NCBI GenBank assembly: GCA_944382805.1
Contig: CALWNS010000021.1
Location: 1-35,573, forward strand
DNA: 35,573 nt
Direction: 5' to 3'
Source of the DNA: an uncultured Gemmiger sp.
GTDB lineage: Bacteria; Bacillota; Clostridia; Oscillospirales; Ruminococcaceae
Part shown: positions 1 through 8,461 of the stretch, in pieces
Numbering within the stretch: the first letter of the stretch is position 1
Layout: the number at the start of each line of letters is the position of its first letter
Notes under the pieces: model-generated
What the model saw: only the letters and a program-made list of their open reading frames with translations
Told to the model about the DNA's origin: nothing
The model's database searches: none
Position numbers and translations under genes: made by a program

Positions 1-1043
1 CCCACCGTGATGACGCAGGCGCTGCCGTCGGAGAAGCTCTGCGGGTCGGACAGCAGCACCCCTTTGCCGGCGGTGGCGGTGCCAACCAGGCTGGCGCCGC
101 TGAGCTTGCGCAGGGCGTTGGCGAACAGTTCGGCCCCGCCGGCCGTGCTGCCGTTGACCAGGCAGACCATGGGCAGGGTCAGTTCGTGGTCGTCCGAAAC
201 GCGCAGGTCGGACACGGTGCCGTCCTTGGCCTGGCTTTGGGCGATCAGGCCGGCCGGCACGCAGTAATCGGCGGCGATCAGGGCGGCGTTGAGGTCATCG
301 CCGGTGTTGTCGCGCAGATCGAACACCAGGGCCTCGGCCCCCTGCTCCAGCAGGGAATCCACGGCGGTGCGGAATTCCTGGCCGGTGCCGCTGCCAAAGG
401 AATCGATCTCGATATAGCCGACGCCGCCCTCCAGCAACTGGGAGAATACCGTAGATACGGTATAGTTGGCCCGCACCAGCTCCAGCGTTTGCTCCTGCCG
501 GTCGGGCGTGAGGTAGGTGATGCTGACGGTGGAGCCTTCCTCGCCCACCAGGGCGGAGTTGATGGCGGCGGTATCGACCATGGCGCGCACGCCGGCGCCG
601 TTGACGGCGGTGATAAAGCCGCCGGCCTGCAGGCCGTTTTCGGCCGCCGGGCTGCCCTGGTAGATGCGCAGGATGCGCGCATAGCCGGAGGACGGGTCCT
701 TGATGATCTGCACGCCGATGTTCATCAGGCGGCCGTTTTCCAGGCCCACGCGCTCGGAATACGCCTTGGCCGAATAGTAGCGCGCGTACGGGTCGTTGAT
801 GCCCAGCATATAGCCGGAGGCGATGGTATCGTTGAGGGTATCCTCGTTGATATCGGCGTATTCGTTGTTGCGCACATAGCGGTCGACTTCTGCGAGTTTG
901 TTGTACATCTGTTCCCGGTTTTTAACGCCGGAAACGATGTTGTTGAACATATTCATCGAGACGACCATCGTGATGGAAAAGGTAACGGCCATGGCGATCA
1001 GGGTCACGGTGGCGGCCACGGCCAGGTTGACTTTTTTGCTCAT
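1..1043 (-). CDS. S41-family C-terminal processing protease homologue (PDZ + S41 domain), 3' end outside window; catalytic Ser appears replaced by Gly
   Basis: Not in ORF track (runs off the window). Manual translation from ATG at 1043: MSKKVNLAVAATVTLIAMAV (N-terminal TM), PDZ-like IYQGSPAAENGLQAG, GYIEIDSF, DLRDNTG, LVNGSTAGGAELFA, VGTATAGKG. Upstream AAAGGA RBS. Position after ftsEX-M23 is typical. Confidence 0.85.
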   Translation of the reverse strand, partial: MSKKVNLAVAATVTLIAMAVTFSITMVVSMNMFNNIVSGVKNREQMYNKLAEVDRYVRNNEYADINEDTLNDTIASGYMLGINDPYARYYSAKAYSERVGLENGRLMNIGVQIIKDPSSGYARILRIYQGSPAAENGLQAGGFITAVNGAGVRAMVDTAAINSALVGEEGSTVSITYLTPDRQEQTLELVRANYTVSTVFSQLLEGGVGYIEIDSFGSGTGQEFRTAVDSLLEQGAEALVFDLRDNTGDDLNAALIAADYCVPAGLIAQSQAKDGTVSDLRVSDDHELTLPMVCLVNGSTAGGAELFANALRKLSGASLVGTATAGKGVLLSDPQSFSDGSACVITV

Positions 1044-1080
1044 CGGGCAGGGTCCTTTCGTTCAGGCTGGGGCGCGGCGC

Positions 1081-1185
1081 TCAGACAAAGGCGTAGATCA
1101 CGCTGGAGAACAGCCCCAGCACCATCAGCGCGGCGATGACCAGGCAGGCGATGCGCGCCCCGGTTTTATGCGGTTTGTGTTCCAT
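1081..1185 (-). CDS. Small single-pass membrane protein (34 aa), unannotated
   Basis: ATG 1185 to TGA 1081 encodes MEHKPHKTGARIACLVIAALMVLGLFSSVIYAFV. GGGGAG RBS ~9 nt upstream, GC3-rich codons, fills the gap between two co-oriented genes. Confidence 0.7.
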   Translation of the reverse strand: MEHKPHKTGARIACLVIAALMVLGLFSSVIYAFV

Positions 1186-1208
1186 GCGGCGGTACTCCCC
1201 TTTTTGCC

Positions 1209-2444
1209 TTAGTGCGGCACATAGTTCAGCGGGTTGGTGCGCGCGCCGTTCACGCGCAGTTCCAGGTGCAGGTGGTTGCCGGTAGAGTTGCCGGTGGAGC
1301 CGACATAGCCCAGGATATCCCCCTGCGAAACGGCCTGCCCCACGCTGACGGACGGCCAGCGGATCATGTGGGCGTAGAGCGTGGCGTAGGTAGTGCCGTT
1401 GTCGTCGGTGCCGTGGTAGACCATGACGTAGTTGCCGTAGCTGTAATGGTTCTGCACCGTGATGACCTGGCCGGAGGCAACGGCGCGGATGGGCGTGTTG
1501 CCGGGCGCGGCAAAGTCCACGCCCTTATGGCCGCCCGCGCCGTACTGGCAGGAAATGTACTTGTAGCTGTCCAGCGGGCAGATAAAGTTGAGCGAACAGC
1601 TGATGGGCGCTTCGGAAAAGCTGCCCTGCGCGTCGCTGATCAGCTGGCGCAGGTAGGCGTCCACCTCATCGCAGGCTTTGTTGAAAGCCGCCTGCTTTTC
1701 GCTGACGGCGGCGGCCAGGGCCTCTTCCATGGCTTCGGCCTGGGTCAGGGTGTTATCCAGCTGCTGCTTGACGCCTGCCAGCTCGGTGGCGGTGGCGGTC
1801 AGTTCGTCCTGGTTGGCCTGCTGCTGGGCCTCCTGCGCTTCCAGCTCCTGCTTTTCGGTCTGCAGCTGGGCTTTTTCGGTTTCCAGCTGGGCTTTCTGGG
1901 TATCCAGCTCGGTGCAGATCTGCTGGTCCTGCGCGGCGATGCTGTCCATCACGCGCTGGTAGGTCAGCAGCTGGAACATATTGCTGACGTTGGACAAAAG
2001 TTCGATGCCGCCGCTTGCGTTCAGCCGCTGCACGGCCAGCAGGCGCTCTTTGAACGCTTCGATCTGGGCGTCGAACTCCGCCTGTTTGGCGTCCACTTCG
2101 GCCTGCTTTTCGGTGATGGCCTGGTCCTTGGCGGCGATCTGCTCGTTCAGGGCCTCGATCTTCTGCTGGATGCCGGCGATCTCGCCCTCCAGCTGCTCCT
2201 GCTGCTCCATGACCTCGGCGCGCTGCTCCTCGGTCAGGGTGATGGTCTCCTGGTTTTCCTGCTGCTGCTGCTGCGCGGCTTCCAGCTCCGCCTTGGCCTG
2301 GTCGCGATTGGCTTCCAGCTGTTCCTGCTTCTCATCGGCCAGGGCCGGGCCGGTGGCCTGCACGGCCAGCATGACGGCCATGCACAGCGCCAGGGCAAAG
2401 GACAAAACGCGGCGCAGCCGCGCGCGAATGAGACGATGGGTCAT
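1209..2444 (-). CDS. Secreted coiled-coil + M23 peptidase (EnvC-like architecture, FtsEX-associated murein hydrolase)
   Basis: Signal peptide, long Q/E-rich coiled coil, C-terminal M23 motifs HKGVD (HxxxD) and HLH (HxH). Directly downstream of ftsX. Confidence 0.9.
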   Translation of the reverse strand: MTHRLIRARLRRVLSFALALCMAVMLAVQATGPALADEKQEQLEANRDQAKAELEAAQQQQQENQETITLTEEQRAEVMEQQEQLEGEIAGIQQKIEALNEQIAAKDQAITEKQAEVDAKQAEFDAQIEAFKERLLAVQRLNASGGIELLSNVSNMFQLLTYQRVMDSIAAQDQQICTELDTQKAQLETEKAQLQTEKQELEAQEAQQQANQDELTATATELAGVKQQLDNTLTQAEAMEEALAAAVSEKQAAFNKACDEVDAYLRQLISDAQGSFSEAPISCSLNFICPLDSYKYISCQYGAGGHKGVDFAAPGNTPIRAVASGQVITVQNHYSYGNYVMVYHGTDDNGTTYATLYAHMIRWPSVSVGQAVSQGDILGYVGSTGNSTGNHLHLELRVNGARTNPLNYVPH

Positions 2445-2474
2445 AAGTAGTTGATTCCTTCCCCGCTGCGCGGA

Positions 2475-3380
2475 TCAGACGTTGAGATGCTTGCGGATGC
2501 TGGTGGCCGTGCCGATGCCGCACAAGACAAAGCCGAACACGACAAAGCCGCCCACCACAAAATACCACACCTGCTGCAGCGGCACCAGCGTGCCGCCGAA
2601 CAGCTGCCCAATGTTGGTGGGGTGCTCCAGATACCAGCGGTACAGCGCGTAATACGCGCCGCAGACGATGCCGGAGGAGATGGCCGCCGCCAGCAGGCCG
2701 GAGGCCGTGCCCTCGACAAAAAACGGGAAGCGGATGAAGCCGTTGGTCGCGCCGACCAGCTTCATGATGGCGATCTCCTTGCGGCGGGCGAACACCGTGA
2801 TGCGGATGGTGTTGCTGATGACCACGATGCTGACCAGCGCCAGCACCAGCACCAGGCCGATGCAGATATAGTTGACCACGCGCTGCAGCGAAAGGAAGGT
2901 GCTGGCCGTGTCGAACGCGGCGCTGACCTCATCGACATTGGGCAGGGCCTGGATCTGCTCTACGATGGACTGCATCTGGCCCACATCCTGCACCGAGACG
3001 CGGAACATCTGCGGCATGGGGTTGTCCTCGGACAGGGCCGAATACAGGCTGGTATACTCCGACAGCATGGAGTCCCACTGGGAAAGGACTTCCTCCCGCG
3101 AGACGAACACGACTTCGGACACGCCGGGCACCGCGGCGATCTGGTCGCCCAGGGCCTGGATCTGCTCGTCGGTGGCTTCCTCCGCGGGGTAGACATAGCT
3201 TTCGTTCTGGGAGCCCATGTACTGGACCACGGCGTCCACATTGACGCCGAACAAAAACGCCGTGCCCACCAGGATCATGCAGACGGTCAGCACGCCCATG
3301 GAGGCCAGCGTCATCAGGCGGTTGGCTTTCATGCTGTGCAGCCCCTGCCCGACAAGATAGGTAAAACTGGAAAAACGCAT
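2475..3380 (-). CDS. ftsX: Cell division permease FtsX
   Basis: 4-TM layout with extracellular domain; NTIRITVFARRKEIAIMKLVGAT and FIRFPFFVEG signatures; follows ftsE. Confidence 0.95.
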   Translation of the reverse strand: MRFSSFTYLVGQGLHSMKANRLMTLASMGVLTVCMILVGTAFLFGVNVDAVVQYMGSQNESYVYPAEEATDEQIQALGDQIAAVPGVSEVVFVSREEVLSQWDSMLSEYTSLYSALSEDNPMPQMFRVSVQDVGQMQSIVEQIQALPNVDEVSAAFDTASTFLSLQRVVNYICIGLVLVLALVSIVVISNTIRITVFARRKEIAIMKLVGATNGFIRFPFFVEGTASGLLAAAISSGIVCGAYYALYRWYLEHPTNIGQLFGGTLVPLQQVWYFVVGGFVVFGFVLCGIGTATSIRKHLNV

Positions 3381-3395
3381 AACTCCGCCCCCTTT

Positions 3396-4145
3396 TTACA
3401 GCAAAACCGGTTCCATGCCCATGGCCCGCATACGGGCTTCGTACTGTTGGGCAACGCCCGGGTGGGCGGTGTCGGCCGCCACCTGGCCGTGGGCCAGCGT
3501 GATGACCCGGTTGTGGTACTTGCCGGCCAGCTTCTGCACCAGTTCGTGCTCGTGCGTGACCACGACCACCGTGATGTGTACTTTGTTGATGGCTTCGAAC
3601 AGCTGCATGATGTCCATGCTGAGTTCGGGGTCGATGTTGCCGGTCGGCTCGTCGGCAATGATGAGCTTGGGGCCGTGGGCCAGCGCGCGGGCCACCGCCA
3701 CGCGCTGCTGCTCGCCGCCGGAAAGTTCGTCCGGCAGGCGGTCCATCTTGTCCTCCAGCCCGACCAGGCTGAGGGCGAACGGCACGCGGTTCTTGATGGT
3801 CTTGGTCGAGATGTTGGTCACGCGCATGGCAAACGCCACGTTCTCGTACACGGTCATGGTGGGGATCAGGCGGAAGTCCTGGAACACCACGCCCATCTGG
3901 CGGCGCATATAAGGCACTTTGCGCCGGCGCAGGCGGGTCAGGTCCTGGCCGTTGATGAAAACGCGGCCCTCGGTGGGCTTTTCCTCCATCAGCATCAGCT
4001 TGAGGAAGGTGGATTTGCCCGCGCCGGAATGGCCGAGCACAAAGACGAATTCGCCTTCCTCGATGTGCAGGCTGATATCGTCCAGCGCGACGTTCTCGTC
4101 GTTTTGCGTCTCGTAAACTTTGGTAACGTGTTCAAATTGGATCAT
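3396..4145 (-). CDS. ftsE: Cell division ATP-binding protein FtsE
   Basis: GHSGAGKST, VVFQDFRLI, LSGGEQQRVAVARA, ADEPTGNID. Confidence 0.95.
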   Translation of the reverse strand: MIQFEHVTKVYETQNDENVALDDISLHIEEGEFVFVLGHSGAGKSTFLKLMLMEEKPTEGRVFINGQDLTRLRRRKVPYMRRQMGVVFQDFRLIPTMTVYENVAFAMRVTNISTKTIKNRVPFALSLVGLEDKMDRLPDELSGGEQQRVAVARALAHGPKLIIADEPTGNIDPELSMDIMQLFEAINKVHITVVVVTHEHELVQKLAGKYHNRVITLAHGQVAADTAHPGVAQQYEARMRAMGMEPVLL

Positions 4146-4205
4146 GGCACACCCCTGCTATGAAGCACTTCCCTGCCCACTGACGGGCAGAACGATACAA
4201 CTATT

Positions 4206-4234
4206 ACTTTACCATTAATGCCCGCCCGCGTCAA
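4206..4234 (-). promoter_or_regulatory. Putative sigmaA promoter for the ftsE operon
   Basis: TTGACG-17 nt-TAAAGT with TG extension on the minus strand. Confidence 0.5.
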
Positions 4235-4326
4235 GCGCGGCCGGGGACAGGCCGGCGCGCAAAAGCGCGATTTTGGCGCCCCTGCCGGCAAATGTGGAAA
4301 ATTTGTAAAAGTTTTAGTACAGCGTC

Positions 4327-4358
4327 AAAAAATCCCCGGCAGCGCGGCTGCCGGGGGA
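4327..4358 (-). terminator. Rho-independent terminator after the CdaR-family gene
   Basis: ATCCCCGGCAGC / GCTGCCGGGGAT hairpin followed by a T-run on the minus strand. Confidence 0.8.
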
Positions 4359-4370
4359 TAGGTTTTCCTG

Positions 4371-5456
4371 TTAATATTTGGCCGGGTTGGCGGAGAGGTA
4401 CTTTTTGACCATCAGCGCCACTTTGAACACGATGGCGTCGTCGAACTTGCGCAGGTCCAGGCCGGTGAGCTTCTTGATCTTTTCCAGGCGGTAGACCAGC
4501 GTGTTGCGGTGTACGAACAGCCCGCGGCTGGTTTCGGAGACATTCAGGTTGTTTTCGAAGAAGCGCTGGATGGTGAACAGCGTTTCGGAGTCCAGGCTGT
4601 CGATGCTGTCCTGCTTGAACACCTCGTGCAGGAAGGCTTCGCACAGGGTGGTGGGCAGCTGGTAGATCAGGCGGGCGATGCCCAGGTGGTCGTAGGAGAT
4701 GACCTGCTTTTCGGTATCAAAGACCTTGCCGACCTCCATGGCGATCTGGGCTTCCTTAAAGCTGGCGGCCAGGTCCTTGATGTTGCCGATGGGCGTGCCG
4801 ATGCCGACCACCGCCTTGATATAATGCTCGCCCTGCAGGGTGTCCACGATGGAGGCGGCCAGCTTTTCCATATCGCGGGTGCTGTTGTCCGGGCGGATCT
4901 CCTTGACCAGGACGGTGTCGCTCTCGCTGATATTGAACACAAAGTCCTTCTGCTTGTCCGGGAACAGGCCGCTGACCACATCGTAGGCCGAGATATCGTT
5001 GCCGCTGGTCACGCGGATCAGCAGCACCACGCGCTGCACATCGGACACAAAATGCAGTTCGCGCGCCTTGGCGTAAATATCGCCGGGCAGGATGTTATCC
5101 AGCACCACGTTTTTGATAAAGTTCGTTTTGTCGAACTTTTCGTCGTGATATTGCTTGATGCTCTGCAGGCTGACGGCCAAAAGGGCCGCAAACTGGCCGG
5201 CCGTGGCGTCCACGCCCTCGACAAAGACGGCGTAGTCGTTGTGTTTGGCGTTGGAGAACTGATGGTAGGCGTAGCCGTCCTTGACAAAGGCGTCGCCGGC
5301 CGTCAGGCGGTTGGCGGCGAAGCCCTCCCGCAGTTCCCCGATCTGCCCCAGCTCCGAGCAGGCGATAACGGTCCCGGTCTCGTCCACGACCCCCACCACG
5401 CGATCGATCGCGCCTTTCATCTGGTAGACCACATTCTGGAATACCCTGTTCGCCAT
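4371..5456 (-). CDS. CdaR/PucR-family transcriptional regulator
   Basis: N-terminal sugar-diacid-recognition-like region (VVDETGTVIAC), GGDEF-like middle, C-terminal HTH (NLNVSETSRGLFVHRNTLVYRLEKIKKLTGLDL). Confidence 0.9.
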   Translation of the reverse strand: MANRVFQNVVYQMKGAIDRVVGVVDETGTVIACSELGQIGELREGFAANRLTAGDAFVKDGYAYHQFSNAKHNDYAVFVEGVDATAGQFAALLAVSLQSIKQYHDEKFDKTNFIKNVVLDNILPGDIYAKARELHFVSDVQRVVLLIRVTSGNDISAYDVVSGLFPDKQKDFVFNISESDTVLVKEIRPDNSTRDMEKLAASIVDTLQGEHYIKAVVGIGTPIGNIKDLAASFKEAQIAMEVGKVFDTEKQVISYDHLGIARLIYQLPTTLCEAFLHEVFKQDSIDSLDSETLFTIQRFFENNLNVSETSRGLFVHRNTLVYRLEKIKKLTGLDLRKFDDAIVFKVALMVKKYLSANPAKY

Positions 5457-5697
5457 GATGCCCTCTCCTTATCTTGTGCCGAATGACCAAACGCGATGCG
5501 CCGCGCCATCGGGACTGCAAGCTGTGAATTTGACCCAATTCCCCGGGCCCTTGATGTATATTTTACACAATCCGCTTGACTTTTGCAACAGTTTTCCACG
5601 AAAAAACCGGTTTTTTCTTGTGTAGTTTTGTTTTGAGGCCCCAAAACCTTATTTTTCCGGCCCCGCAGCCGGGCAAAACTTCCGTCAAATTGCCAAA

Positions 5698-6330
5698 TCA
5701 ATCCGCTTTGGGGCCGTGCGCGTCCTGCTCCCGCTGCAGCGCGCCGGTGCCGCCCTCCACGACGCCGCGGCGGGCGAACACATAGGCGATGGAGCGGAAA
5801 AAGATGGCCAGATCCTTGCGGAAGGTGATGTCGGCCGCGTATTCGCCGTCGTAGCGGGCCTTAACGTCGATGGGCAGTTCGTCCCGCCCGTTGACCTGGG
5901 CCAGGCCGGTCAGGCCGGGGCGGATATCGTTGGCGTGTACGGCGTCGCGCGCTTCGATCAGGTCGTACTGGTTGTACAGCGCCGGGCGCGGGCCGATGAT
6001 GCTCATCTGCCCGGCAATGATGTTGTAGATCTGGGGCAGTTCGTCCAGGCTGGTGCGGCGCAGGAAGGCCCCGCTTTTGGTGATGTAGGAATCGGCGTTT
6101 TTGAGCAGATGGGTCGGCACATCGTGCGGGGTGTCCCCGCGCATGGTGCGGAACTTGAGGATGTTGAAATGCGTTTTGCCCGCGCCGACCCGCCGCTGGC
6201 GGAAAAACACCGGTCCCGGCGAGTCCAGCTTGATCCACAAAGCCAGCAGCGCCATGGGGATGGCCAGCACAACAGCCGCCGCCAGCGAAAGCAGCAGGTC
6301 CAGCAGGCGTTTGATGTGGTTCTTATACAT
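5698..6330 (-). CDS. Bacterial sugar transferase (priming undecaprenyl-phosphate phosphoglycosyltransferase)
   Basis: KRLLD, DSPGPVFFRQRRVG, KFRTM, SLDELPQ, MSIIGPRP, RPGLTGLAQVNGR. Confidence 0.92.
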   Translation of the reverse strand: MYKNHIKRLLDLLLSLAAAVVLAIPMALLALWIKLDSPGPVFFRQRRVGAGKTHFNILKFRTMRGDTPHDVPTHLLKNADSYITKSGAFLRRTSLDELPQIYNIIAGQMSIIGPRPALYNQYDLIEARDAVHANDIRPGLTGLAQVNGRDELPIDVKARYDGEYAADITFRKDLAIFFRSIAYVFARRGVVEGGTGALQREQDAHGPKAD

Positions 6331-6333
6331 GGC

Positions 6334-8379
6334 TCAGCCCTCCCCTGTCTCGCGCGCAGCGGCCGCCGCGGCCGCGCCGGCCGCCACCGCGTTTTTGTCA
6401 AACAGGCCGGTATTGCCCCGCGCGGCGCTGACCGAATGATCCTCGTTGACCTTGCGGTTGGGGTGGTAGCGGCCCACGATGCGCTGCAAACCTTCCACCA
6501 CCGACTCATCGTTGTGTTCCGCACAGATCTGCAGGTGCTGCAGGTCGGTGTAGAACCGCGCCAGGTCGATGTCCATGGGCGGGGCGATAAAGATCTTGTT
6601 GTGGGCGGTGCGGCGCATCTTGTCCTGTTCGGAGTCAAGCATCAGCTCCTCGTACAGCTTTTCGCCGGGGCGCAGGCCGGTGATCTCGATGGGGATATCG
6701 GTGCCCGGCTCATAGCCGTAAAAGCGGATCAGGCGGGTGGCCAGGTCCATGATGCGCACCGGTTCGCCCATGTCCAGCACGTAGATGCTGCCGCTCTTGG
6801 CCAGGCCGCCGGCCTGCAGCACGAGCTGCGCGGCCTCGGTGATGGTCATAAAGTAGCGCACGATGTCCGGGTGGGTGATGGTCACGGGGCCGCCGCGCTT
6901 GATCTGTTCCTCAAACAGGGGGATCACGCTGCCGTGGCTGCCCAGCACGTTGCCAAAGCGCACAGCCATGCACTTCATGTCCATGTTGGCGGCGTAGGTC
7001 TGGATGAGCATTTCGCAGATGCGCTTGGTGCAGCCCATGACGTTGGTGGGGTTGACCGCCTTGTCGGTCGAAAGCTGCACGAACCGCTCGACGTTATGCT
7101 CGGCCGCGGAGGTCAGCAGGTTTTTGGTGCCGAACACATTGTTTTTGACCGCTTCGGCCGGGCTGAGCTCCATCAGCGGCACGTGCTTGTGCGCGGCCGC
7201 ATGGAACACCACCGAGGGGCGGTAGGTCTCGAACACTTCGTCCAGGCGGGCTTTGTCGCGGATGGAGCCGATGAGCGTGACGATGTGGGCGTCGCTGCCG
7301 TATTTGTTGCGCAGCTCCATCTCCAGTTCGTAGGCGCAGTTTTCGTAAATGTCAAAGATCAGCAGCTGGCGCGGGCTGTAGCGCATGATCTGGCGGCACA
7401 GCTCGCTGCCGATGGACCCGCCGCCGCCGGTGACCAGCACGACCTTGTCGTGCAGGTATTCCGAGATCTGCACGTTGTTGAGCTGGATCTCGTCGCGGGA
7501 AAGGAAGTCCGCCGTGTTCAGCTCGCGCAGGCCGGCGGCCACCGGCTTGCCGCTTTCGTCCACGGCCTGGGGGTCGTTGAGCATCCGCACACGGCAGTGG
7601 GTGGAGTTGCACAGGTTGATGACCTCGCGCAGGCGGTCGCCCTTGAGCGTGGTGATGGCGATGACGATCTCGACAATGTGGTACTTGCGCACCAGTTCCG
7701 GGATGTCGGAGATGGTGCCGCGCACCGGCACGCCCTGTACGCGCAGGTTGCGCTTGGTCAAATCGTCGTCCACAATGACGACCGGGTTGCCGAAGGAGGT
7801 GTTTTTGGTCTTGCACAGGTTGACGGCCCAGGCCCCGGCGTTGCCGGCGCCCACGATGAGCAGCGGGGTGCTGTCCCGCCGGGCGCGGCTTTTTTGGTCG
7901 CGTTCGGCCATGGCGGCCCGGAACGCGCGCGCGAACCGCCACAGGAAGCGCACCCCCGCCACCGCCGCCGTGTTGAACACCGCGCCGATGATAAGCACCG
8001 CGCCGCTGATGGTGCGCGTGCGGAAAAACATATCAAACAGCAGGATCAGGCCGGTGGCCAGGCCGGACAGGCAGAGCAGGCGCGCCAAATCGCGCATACC
8101 GGCGTATTCCCACATGATCTCGTACAAGCCGCCGAACCAGAACACGATCATATAGATCGGCAGGATATAGTACAGCATGGGGGCCATGGCCACGATGACC
8201 TGCTGGCGGTTGGCTTCGCGGATGACCTGCTCGCCCGCCATGCCGATGCTGGCGCCGGTATCGTCAAAGCGCAGCAGGATGGCCAGGTAGTAGCACAGCA
8301 CGATCAGCCCGCAGTCCACCAGCATCAGCAGCAGGCGGCGCGGCAGGCCTTTTATCAGTTGTTCGTTGCTTGGTTTCAT
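6334..8379 (-). CDS. Membrane-anchored nucleoside-diphosphate sugar 4,6-dehydratase (CapD/PglF/WbpM-like)
   Basis: N-terminal TMs, GAGNAG, GGGGSIGSELCRQ, HAAAHKHVP, STDKAVNPTNVMG, RFGNVLGS, GLRPGEKLYEEL. Confidence 0.92.
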   Translation of the reverse strand: MKPSNEQLIKGLPRRLLLMLVDCGLIVLCYYLAILLRFDDTGASIGMAGEQVIREANRQQVIVAMAPMLYYILPIYMIVFWFGGLYEIMWEYAGMRDLARLLCLSGLATGLILLFDMFFRTRTISGAVLIIGAVFNTAAVAGVRFLWRFARAFRAAMAERDQKSRARRDSTPLLIVGAGNAGAWAVNLCKTKNTSFGNPVVIVDDDLTKRNLRVQGVPVRGTISDIPELVRKYHIVEIVIAITTLKGDRLREVINLCNSTHCRVRMLNDPQAVDESGKPVAAGLRELNTADFLSRDEIQLNNVQISEYLHDKVVLVTGGGGSIGSELCRQIMRYSPRQLLIFDIYENCAYELEMELRNKYGSDAHIVTLIGSIRDKARLDEVFETYRPSVVFHAAAHKHVPLMELSPAEAVKNNVFGTKNLLTSAAEHNVERFVQLSTDKAVNPTNVMGCTKRICEMLIQTYAANMDMKCMAVRFGNVLGSHGSVIPLFEEQIKRGGPVTITHPDIVRYFMTITEAAQLVLQAGGLAKSGSIYVLDMGEPVRIMDLATRLIRFYGYEPGTDIPIEITGLRPGEKLYEELMLDSEQDKMRRTAHNKIFIAPPMDIDLARFYTDLQHLQICAEHNDESVVEGLQRIVGRYHPNRKVNEDHSVSAARGNTGLFDKNAVAAGAAAAAAARETGEG

Positions 8380-8461
8380 GCGCAGCGTTCCTTCGTGGGT
8401 CCCCCGCCGCAGCGCCGTGCCGGCGGGCGGGGCAGGCCCGGGTTTTTGATCCGTTTTGCCT

